In this document: piece after piece, positions 24,306-34,185 of the stretch
How the letters are laid out: each line of letters opens with the position of its first letter
Numbering within the stretch: the stretch's first letter is position 1
NCBI GenBank assembly: GCA_964016885.1
Contig: OZ024752.1
Coordinates: forward strand, 22,506,001-22,570,000
Source: Eledone cirrhosa
Taxonomy: Eukaryota
Length of the DNA stretch: 64,000 nucleotides
Direction of reading: 5' to 3'
Position numbers and translations under genes: made by a program
The notes under the pieces: model-generated
Database searches by the model: none
Seen by the model: only the letters and a program-made list of their open reading frames with translations
Told to the model about the DNA's origin: nothing

Positions 24306-27300
24306 TCAATCTCTGAGGCCAATGTACTCTAAGACCACTACGTGTCGTCGTAACACATGTGGGTGAAGGTGATGAAGGTGTGGGTGATGTTGTGGGTGAG
24401 TATGCTTGTGAAGATTCAACATGCAATGTATTGTATGTGGGGGGGGGGGTGTATGGGGTTCAACTGGTGGAGCGTCTGTAAAGGCCTGTTTAATCCTATC
24501 TACAGAAACTGTGTTTCCTACCACAAATGTCTATGGTAAAAAGTTTGTCTGTTTTTGCCAGGACACGGTAGGATCCTGTATAGGGTGGCACAAGTGGTCC
24601 TTTCACCGAGTCTTTACGTAGAAAAACGTGAGTCCAAGAAGTAATGTTTTTAGGAACCGAAGATTTAATCGTCTGTTGACGTGTTCCCATAGGCGGAAGA
24701 TCGTTGAAATATGATTGCAAACAGTTAATATATAACGTCGGATCTTCCAGCGATGCGTCGACTGGGACTAACATCTGTCCCGTCAATGATAAAGGTGTTC
24801 CGTACAGCAATTCCGATGGGGAATATCCGAGATCCTCCCTGACCGCCGCGCAACAGCCAAGAAGAACAATTGGTAGATATTCACTCCATTTTTGCTGGTC
24901 GGGATAAGCACGCAATGCTGCTTTTAATTGGCGATGAAAGCGCTCTATCATGCCATTTGACGCCGGGTGGTAACTAATAGTTCTAATCCGACGTATCCCT
25001 AAGATTTTAGAAAGTTCATGGAAGAGATGTGATTCAAATTGTCCACCACGGTCAGTGGTGATCGTGGAAGAGACACCGTATCGCGAAATCCAGCCGGACA
25101 TCAGAGCTCGTGCTACCGATTCTGCTGAAATCTCTTCGAGAGGAATGGCTTCAGGCCAACGTGTATACGGTCGATACACGTAAGAAGATATGTATATCCA
25201 TGACTGACCGGCCAAGGTCCAACTAGGTCGATATGAATATGGTAAAAGCGGGCATCAGGAGTGTTGAATGTGCCCAGAGGTGCTCGAATATGTTTGTGCA
25301 CCTTAGACTTCTGGCAAGGTATGCAGGAACGAGACCATGCAGTGATATCTCGTCTCATATTTGGCCAAAAGAATCTGGCCGTAATGAGTTTATAACAGCG
25401 ACGCTGGGTTGTATGAATATAACAAGACACTCGGTTGTATGTACAATGTTTATTTAACAAGGTTGAGCTATGTAGAGCAGAATAGTTAACATGCCAAGAG
25501 GGATGAAAGAATGAATTAAATTTATTTGTTTACCATTTTGAAGTCAGTGCGCATTAGAAATAGAGGTCTTTACATTACCATGTTCAGGTTGCCAGAGAGT
25601 ATACCCTCTGGCAGAACGCGCCTGGCTGAAGGGCCAGGCAGGTTAAAAAAGATGGAGATAGTTTTGAGTTCTCTCCTTTATAGGGTCCCTGGACGGAAGT
25701 GACAAAGAAGGCTCTGCAACTTCAACGGGAAGTAACTCCAGCTACTTCCTGTCTAGAGAACGCTACTGGTGATGTGATCGTAACAAGGGAAGCACCTCTT
25801 GCTACATTATCTCCCGCCAGATTTTTAAAACATAAAAATCGAATCAACCATATATGAAGTAAGATGGCGAGCATGTAACACCAAAGTCCAGGCATGAAAA
25901 TTACAAAAAAATAATGTAATGTAGCAAGAGTTGCCTCCCTTGTTACGATCACATCACCAGTAGCGCTCTCTAGACAGAAAGTAGCTGGAGTTACTTCCCG
26001 TTGAGGTTGCAGAGCCTTCTTTGTCACTTCCGTCCAGGGACCCTATATGGGAGAGAGCTCAAAGCTATCTCCCTCTCTTTTAACCTGCCTGGCCCTTCGG
26101 CCAGGCGCGTTCTGCCAGAGGGTATACTCTCTGGCAACCTGAACATGGTAATGTAAAGACCTCTATTTATAATGCGCGCTGACTTCAAAACGGTAAACAA
26201 ATAACTTTAATTCATTCTTTCATCCCTCTTGGCATGTCAACTATTCTGCTCTACATAGCTCAACCTTGTTAAATAAACATTGTACATACAACCGAGTGAC
26301 TTGTTATATTCATACAATCCAGTGTCGCTGTTATAATTGGTGACCCCGACGTGATCGTAACAAGGGAGGCAACTTTTGCTACAAGTTTCATTGATGAATG
26401 GATTCCAGGGTGTGAGAGGTTATGTAACATGTCGAAAACTGTTCGCCGATGAAGCTCCGGAACGAAAGGTCGAGGCGAATCAGTCGACATGTCACACAGG
26501 ATGCTTGTGTCAGAATTGTGTACAGGTAATTGTTTGAATTTGCACGTCGCAAATTCGGTTGCAGATAAATCCAATTCGTCCAAAGCAGGATGGTCATCAG
26601 CGAGCAAACGTAGATCAATATCCGTTTTTGTCGATAGTGAGTTGACAGGTAAACGAGATAATGCATCTGCCGCTAAATTCTGTGATCCAGGAATATGGCG
26701 TATATCACTAGTGAATTGTGATACATAATCTAAATGTCGAGTTTCACGTGGCGAGTATCTTTCGGGTTTCGCTTTGAGAGCAAATGTCAAAGGACGATGG
26801 TCCGAGAAGATCGTAAACTGGCGTCCTTCCAACGAATGCTGGAGGTGTTTGATTGCCAAATACATCGCTAACAGTTCTCTGCCGAAAGTACTGTATCGGG
26901 TTTCAGCGGGTTTAAGCTGTTTTGAGAAATATGCAAGTGGTTGTTGCATCTTCTGGTTGTGGTACTGCTGCAAAACTGCACCTACTGCTGTGCCTGATGC
27001 ATCAACGACCAGTGAAAACTGGGCATTAGGTACAGGATGTGCAAGCAGGGTGACATCAGCTAATTCCTGTTTCACTCTGCTATAAGCTTCGAGTTGAGCA
27101 GGGACTAAAGAAATAGATTCGTTTTTCTTTTTTCGATTCCGCAACAGTTCAGAAAGAGGTGCTATGCGCTCAGCACAATGTGGAATAAATCGACGGTAAT
27201 AATTTAGCAGTCCCAAGAACTGACGTAATTGACGTTATGATGTAGGAGGAGGTAATTCCTGAAGAGCTTTCACTTTATCCGGTGGAGGTGATATGCCTGT

Positions 27301-28430
27301 AGGACTAATGATGTGTCCTAGAAAAACTAGCGAAGACGCACCAAATATACACTTCGCGGGGTTAATGCGAACTTGGTACTTCTTAAACCGTTGAAATAAC
27401 AAACGAAGGTGTTTAACTTGTTCCTCTGGAGATGTGCTAGCAACGAGTACGTCGTCTATATAGCACTAAACAAAATCCAGGTCTCTGGTGATTTCGTCCA
27501 TGAAGCGTTGAAAGGTACTAGCGGCGTTGCGTAGACTAAAGGGCATCGTTAGGAACTCAAAAGCACCAAAGGGTGTAGTGATAGCAGTCTTCGGAATATC
27601 CGCTGGATTAAGTGGCATCTGATGATACGCTCAGACTAAATCCAGTTTAGAAAAAACTGTGCATCCATGTAAGGAAGAAGCAAAATCCTGAATGTGTGGG
27701 ATTGGGTAGCGATCGGGTACAGTCATCGAGTTTAATCGGCGAAAGTCCCCAGTCGGACGCCAATCGCCGGAATGCTTTGGAACCAAATGCAAAGGAGAGG
27801 CCCACAGACTGGAGGAATGGCGTATGATCCCCAGCATGTGGTTAAATTCAGCCTTCGCCGCTTTCAATTTTTCCGCAGGGAGTCGGCGAGGGCATGAAAA
27901 TACAGGAGCGCCAGAAGTTTCGATATAATGTTTTGTGGAGTGAGTAGGCTTGCTCACCACAAAATTCAAATTTGTCAATTCCGGGAAGGAATTTAGAAGC
28001 GACTGAAAAGGGTCCTCTGAAGCGGCGATGAAGAATACCGGGCAGATAGATGAGACAGTAGATTTCAAATCCGGAACGGAGAGTTCCGTATTAGCATCCA
28101 ACAACCGGCGTCTGCGCATATCCACTAAGAGGTTATAGTGGTGCAGGAAATCCGAGCCTAGAATAGGGTAAGGAAAATCCGCGACCTTGAAAATCCACGT
28201 GAAGTCTCTTTGCAATTCAAAGAATGAGAAATTTGACCATACGTGGAGATAGGACAATGATTTACGGCTTGCAGAGAAATAGATGAAACTGGCGGCTTCT
28301 CTTTGAGAAGTTTTAGCGGCCATATGCTGCAAGCAGCACCTGTATCCACCAGACATCGTGCTTGGGAAAACGTGTCAGTTATGAAGAACGCACGATTATT
28401 TGGGAGTGTCAGAGGAGACTGTGCCGTGCT
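24306..28430 (-). pseudogene. pol: pol of element A (protease-RT-RNaseH-integrase), disrupted
   Basis: [79 protein letters not shown] and a GPY/F-like end. It has stops and frameshifts and is split by the insertion at 25391-26383. Confidence 0.92.
25391..26383 (-). mobile_element. Miniature non-autonomous LTR element 'B' (TRIM-like) with inverted 5' LTR, nested in the integrase of A
   Basis: TSD AGTT at 25387-25390 and 26384-26387. Two 416-bp LTR copies (25391-25806, 25920-26335) lie in opposite orientation. The 113-bp interior ends in PPT aaaatctggcgggagataa. PBS at 26338-26356. Confidence 0.88.
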
Positions 28431-29226
28431 CAGGTCTCCTGAAATTCGTTTCCCTGGTTGGAAAAGGAACAGGGCTGTCTACAACAGCGTGCCGCCGCGC
28501 CAAAACGGCTGTGATAGTAGCACAGTCCTGGTTTGTTTGTGTGGCAGCGGCGTGGCGAGGGCGAACGGCTCTGTAGACGACGTCTGGGCGATTGAGCCCT
28601 GGATAAACTCAATTTTCTCACCTCTTTGATGAGTTGTGCTATGGCTTGAAGAATTGCCGTAGACGTGAGCGACTGATCGGTGTGAACGGCAGCCGCTGGA
28701 GAGAACGAAGAAACCTCAGTCAGTGGCTGAGGTGTAGCGAAGGAAGCTGGCTTTCCTGTGAAACTCATAATTTTGTCCGCCGAAGACGCCAGTTGCTCGA
28801 CTGAACTAGTCTCCATCATAGGCGCCAATATCGCCTGGACATTGGGCGGCAGCCTCGAAAAGAAAAGCTGTCACATGAGGGTGCTATCAGCTGGAGCGTC
28901 CTCCGCCAGTTCTTTCAGCCGACGCAGGAACTGGCTCGGCGTCCGATCACCCAAATGCTCGTCATTTACTAGCGTTTGAAACCTCCTCTCTGCGGACAAC
29001 GTGGTACGCCGCAGCACCTCGCGCTTAACGCTCTCATAGGTGGCTCCAGGGGCCGGATCAGTAATCAGATCCTTAAGCACTGTCGTTAAAGACGCCGGAT
29101 AGCACTCAAAAGAATATGTAGTTGTCTGTCTTCGGACGTTATGCCATTCGCAGCAAAATACGATTCAATCTGGGCGCACTAGACACAGACGTCGCCTGCA
29201 AAAGCTGGCAATGAAGTGCTACCCAT
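28430..29226 (-). pseudogene. gag: gag of element A, disrupted
   Basis: MGSTSLPAF...AQIESYFAANGIT...LGDRTPSQFLRRLKEL...FFSRLPPNVQAIL...CYYHSRFGAAARCCRQPC (C-X2-H-X9-C-X3-C). Internal stops are present. Confidence 0.88.
28448..28454 (-). promoter_or_regulatory. Putative -1 ribosomal frameshift heptamer GGGAAAC at the gag/pol overlap
   Basis: Minus strand cagGGAAACgaa lies just before the gag stop and fits the X XXY YYZ pattern. Confidence 0.6.
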
Positions 29227-29238
29227 CGTGAATAAAGG

Positions 29239-32200
29239 TGTAGAAGATCACATCGGGGTCACCATGCCTGTGGGCATCTCCATTACATATGGTGCCAAAA
29301 TCTCCTGGCGATTGGAGACCCACAGGGGATTACAGACGATTGAACTCGATGACCGTACCGGATCGGTATCCTATCCCTCATCTGCAGGAATTTTCATCCT
29401 CGTTGCAAGGTTGTAACATTTTTTCGAAACTCGATTTGATACGAGCCTACAACCAGATTCCTGTCAACAGAGACGACATCCCGAAAACGGCTATAACTAC
29501 GCCATTTGGATCTTTTGAATTTCTCACCATGCCTTTCGGGTTAAGAAATGCTACTAGCACCTTCCAGCGATTTATGGATGAGGTCACTCGCGGCCTCGAT
29601 TTTGTATACACATATATTGATGATCTTCTTGTTGCTAGCTCTTCTCAGAGCAACATTTGCGCCATCTGGATCTTCTGTTTTGTCGTTTGAGTGATTACAA
29701 TGTTCGGATTAATCCATCAAAATGTGTTTTTGGTTCCGAATCTCTGAATTTTTTGGGCCACGTCATTGACTCTGACGGTATTCGACCTATTCCTGAGAGA
29801 GTTAAAGCTATAGAGGATTTGCCTCCACCAACCTCACTCCGTCAGTTGCGCAAATTCTTGGGGCTGATTAATTTTTATAGGCGGTTTGTGCCTAATTGTG
29901 CTAAGCTACTCTTCTCTTTGATGGAAATTTTGAAAAATTGCCGAAAGAAAAATAAAGACATTTCTTTGAATGAAACTCAGCTCGAGGATTTTGAGAATGC
30001 GAAAATTGCTCTAGCCAATGCATCTTTGCTGGCTCACCCAGTGTCCAATGTTAAGCTTTCGCTTTGTGTTGATGCGTCGGATACTGCCGTGGGCGCAGTT
30101 TTGCAACAAAGTAGGAACGATCAACAGCAACCGTTGGAATTTTTTTCCAGAAAGCTGAAACCTGCCGAAACCCGCTACAGCACCTTTGGACGGGAGTTGC
30201 TAGCTATATACTTATCGGTGAAGCATTTTTCGCACATGTTTGATGGAAGAACGTTCACCATCTTTTCAGACCACAAGCCGTTGACATTCGCCTTGCAAGC
30301 AAAGGCCGACAAATACTCGCCCAGAGAAACTAAACATCTCGACCTCATCTCTCAATTTACTAATGATATTCAACATATTCCGGGTTCTATGAATACAGCG
30401 GCCGACGCCCTGTCTCGTTTGCCGATTGCTTCGATCTCGTCGTCCGATGACATAGATTTGAATCGCTTGGCAGCCGATCAGCCTACCCTCGAATCGTTGT
30501 ATCGCCTGAATTTGTGAATTGCAGGATCAAATACCACCATTATCGACTGCAGACGGACGGATCCTCTGCGACGTCTCTTTGGATGCGCCACGCCCTTTTG
30601 TTCCGTTGAACCATCGTCGAACTGTGTTTCTTGTTTTACACGGCATTTCACATCCAGGATCTTCTGCCACAGTAAAACTCATAACGGCTAAATTCTTCTG
30701 GACAAATATGAGACGTGATATTACTGTTTGGTGCCGTTCCTGTGTTGCTTGCCAGAAATCAAAAGTTCACAGGCATGTTAAGACTCCTCTAGGTACTTTT
30801 AGTAACCCGGACGCTCGGTTTCGCCACATTCATGTGGACATCGTGGGACCTTGGCCAATCAGCGGTGGTCATAATTACATATTGACTGTTATCGATCGTT
30901 TTTCGCGATGGCCTGAAGCCATCCCCTTGAAAGATATCACTGCTGAGACGACAGCGCATGCCCTTGTGTCTGGATGGATCGCTCGATATGGAGTATCAAC
31001 GTCAATTACCACGGACCGTGGAAGGCAGTTTGAATCGAATCTCTTCCATGAATTAACGAAAATCATCGGCGCTAAACGCATCCGAACGACTGCATATCAT
31101 CCTGCCTCTAATGGAATGGTGGAGATCTTCCACCGACAACTAAAAGCCGCTCTATGGACTTCTCCTGGCTCTACGCGGTGGAGCGAGTACCTCCCTATTG
31201 TGTTGTTGGGGATTCGGTCAACAATAAAGGAGGACCTTGGGTTCTCCCCGGCCGAATTATTATATGGTTCTCCTCTAGCGTTACCTGGGTAAATGCTTGC
31301 CCCTGTCGATGTTGCTGCACAGGATCCGCTTTCCTACGTATCCCGTCTGCGTTCCTATTTTCAGGACCTGCCGCCGATGGATACGAGGAAGCAAACTATA
31401 AAATCTGCAGTCCCGAGGGATATTGCCCCGTGGACCCATGTGTTCGTGAGAAACGATGCTGTGAGACCACCTCTCACACAACCGTACTCTGGACCCTACC
31501 GTGTATTAGCTCGTTCCGAGAAACATTTCACTGTAGACATTAAGGGTTCCAGAGAGACGGTTTCTATTGATCGACTCAAACGAGCACATTTGGACACAGA
31601 CGCTATCACACCTGAGCCACACACCTGCTTCTCCCCCCCTCCCCCCAATCACCAAGATATAAGACTACCACCCGTTCCGGTCGGAGAGTTCATTGGCCCC
31701 AAAAACTGTGTAGCACTGTATATTTTTAAGCTGCGATTGTGCGGCGCTTTAATCCTGTATTTTCTATTTGAACTATTTGAACTTTTAAAAATTGTATTTA
31801 CATTTTATTATAATTTTTTTCTAGCATGCTTGTTTCATATGTTCCTTTGAAATTTGTTGTGCCCTTCATGCTCGGTTGGGCTGATTGCTCCTTGGTTTGA
31901 GGTTTTTGCTAGTTGCTCATCGTTTTGCTACATACATGGTCCGATGAACCGATTTTTATTTCTTTTTCTAAAAATCTGGTGGGAGGCCATGTAGAAGATC
32001 ACGTCGGGGTCACCACTTCAGGAGAGATGGTCACCATTTTTAACTGCCCTTAGTTCTGACGTCAGTAGCTGAATACACTCTCTTTTCAACTTGGTGTGTT
32101 GATGCGAGCAGACGCATTTCACGGTGGAGAAACAGCGATATCACACCATGCGGTCACGGGATAATTGAACACCACCACTTAATGATAATTACGAATTACC

Positions 32201-32417
32201 AATCAAGGAACAACTGATATGATAACCTGTTTTTTTTATTGCTCTGATTAAAATGCTCATGTACATATAATCTCGAGGTATGTTCTTTTTGCTTAATTGT
32301 TTACCTACACTTAACAACAAATAGAAGAGATGTCCTAGCAGCCAAGCTAGGGAAACGAACTCCCCTCTAAATCGTAAAACAACGCAGCCTTCTAAAATGG
32401 TGACCATCTCTCCTAAA
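29239..32417 (+). mobile_element. CsRn1-type Gypsy element 'C', internally deleted, nested antisense in the 5'UTR of A
   Basis: TSD AAGG at 29235-29238 and 32418-32421. It has a 26-bp 5' LTR stub (29239-29264), pol from the RT start, PPT ggtgggaggcca and a 3' LTR at 31990-32417. Confidence 0.87.
29265..31720 (+). pseudogene. pol: pol (RT-RNaseH-integrase) of element C, frameshifted
   Basis: ORFs 29289-29690, 29657-30517, 30519-31292 and 31293-31850 give [34 protein letters not shown] and YSGPYRV. Confidence 0.93.
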
Positions 32418-33030
32418 AAGGTATGCCAGTAAGCAATAGAGAACAACAGGGAAAATGCAGGCCAAAAGAAATCCAAGAGAAAAGAAAAATATAAAATAAA
32501 AACAATGATATTTTCTTTCGTTGTTGAAGAGATAAATGTTAAGAATACAAAAAAAAATGTTTCTTTTCTTTCATATTTTTCAAAATGGCGTTGCCCTAAA
32601 GTCAATTTGGCGGGAAAAAGAACGAAGAAGACGGAAGTCGGCCATTATGAGCTCTCTGGAAATGAAAGCAAAAATCCTTCCTTTTTTTTTTTTTTTTAAT
32701 GGCGTCACCCAATCAGAATTTGGGCGGGAAACATGAATTTTGAAGAAGACAGCAGGCGCCATGATGGGTTTCCGATTCAATATTTATATTTCGAGACAGT
32801 AAAAAAACAAATACCATAACTCACCCGAGAAATCCATATGAATTTTGATTCTTTTTTTATTTTTTATATCATCTATTTCGATCGAGCTGCTGCTATATGT
32901 GTCCATCAGAGAGAAAACATTTTGTTGTACATAATTTTCTTGTTATCGTGTCCAAATTTTTTTTTTTTTTTTTTTAGTATAAAGTAAATCCGTATCACCA
33001 TTTATTATGTAGAGTGGTAAGTGGCATGTT

Positions 33031-33049
33031 GATCACTTCGGGGTCACCA
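33031..33049 (-). promoter_or_regulatory. Primer binding site of A, complementary to the tRNA-Trp 3' end
   Basis: TGGTGACCCCGAAGTGATC lies two nt after the 5' LTR. Eukaryotic tRNA-Trp ends ...ATCACGTCGGGGTCACCA. Confidence 0.9.
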
Positions 33050-33051
33050 TT

Positions 33052-33417
33052 TATAACGAAGATTACGTGTCGCTGGAGATATTAAATTTATTGATTCAGA
33101 AGGCAATGACAAAAACGTTATAACAAAAATTCCCTTTTATTTGTTGTACAAATATGGAATCGAAAATAACAAGAGAAGGTTGAGCAAGTCTTCACATCGT
33201 GTTGGCTGATTGGACGTCTTGATGCTGGTCGTTCAGTGAACTCTCTCTGTGTCTCTCTGCCTGTCAGCCAACTGTGTCTCTGGTCCAAGTAGTCCCGCAA
33301 CTTGTCTCGATCCCTGATTGGCTACTTCAGCCAATTCACCTCTGTGACACTATTCTTTCGCCAAAGGAAAATACATTTAATCACAAAGGAAAATATATAA
33401 TAATTCTGTTCACTACA
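33052..33417 (-). repeat. 5' LTR of element A
   Basis: Direct repeat of 23700-24076, followed by the PBS. Confidence 0.93.
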
Positions 33418-33659
33418 TGTTTCCACAAATCACATAGGAATGAGTGTAACTACTAAAATGCTTCAGAGGACAGAGACCAGCGATCAGTGACAACAGAGAG
33501 ACAATCCGAGAGGTGGGTAATATGCAGACAAAATATAGAAAAGATTGAAAGAAGAAGACCAGGAGAAATGCGCTGGCACACAGAAGTGACTGGAATAAGG
33601 AAATAAATAAAGGCGATGTACAAGACACGTTCACACAAACACACCTTCACTCTCATCAG

Positions 33660-34025
33660 CTTTCAAACCAGCAAAAGTTTATGCCTATTCCTTTTCTACA
33701 TATTGAGCAGGGTCACCTTCCTGAGGGAATCAGGATCCTATCTTCTTTCCTACTTATGAGCTCTTTAGTCTTGGCTAAGTTTACTCTCAGGCATTTTGAT
33801 TTCAAATTCTGTTTCCATAGTTGGAACTTATTCTCTAGTTCTTTTTGGGATTCAGTTATAAGGATCAGATCATCTGCATAGAGAAGTTTCCATGGGCAAT
33901 CAGTTATAAACTCCTTTGTTGTGGCCTGGAGAACTATAATGAATAGTAGTGGGCTGAGAACCGAACTCTGATGAATTCCTGTCTGCACCTTAAATTCCTC
34001 ACTGAACTCACTTCCTACTCTCACT
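33660..34025 (-). mobile_element. RTE LINE RT fragment
   Basis: GIHQSSVLSPLLFII...LLYADDLILI...LRVNLAKTK. Confidence 0.82.
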
Positions 34026-34185
34026 TTACTGACAGCTCTGCTGTATATGACTTGCGCTGCCTACAGAGACCGCTTCTCCTATGAAGAGATGCCAAACAGA
34101 ATTTGGTAAGCCATCGGGCCCTATGAAGACCTGCTGACCATTGTAAAAAAGCACAAATTGAGATGGTACACGCATATGACAAGAT

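Larger units (their letters stand above)
23700..33417 (-). mobile_element. CsRn1-clade Gypsy LTR retrotransposon 'A', full span, containing two nested insertions
   Basis: LTRs at 33052-33417 and 23700-24076, tRNA-Trp PBS at 33031-33049, purine tract at about 24077-24090, 4-bp TSD TGTT (23696-23699 and 33418-33421), CHCC gag knuckle and DTG protease. Confidence 0.92.

Noticed and set aside
29239-32015. A 'micro-LTR' element with 26-bp TG...CA LTRs
   Set aside because: There is no TSD at 32016. The AAGG TSD at 32418 shows that the 3' LTR extends to 32417.
32020-32414. MITE with 21-bp TIRs
   Set aside because: It has no TSD of its own and lies wholly within the 3' LTR of element C.
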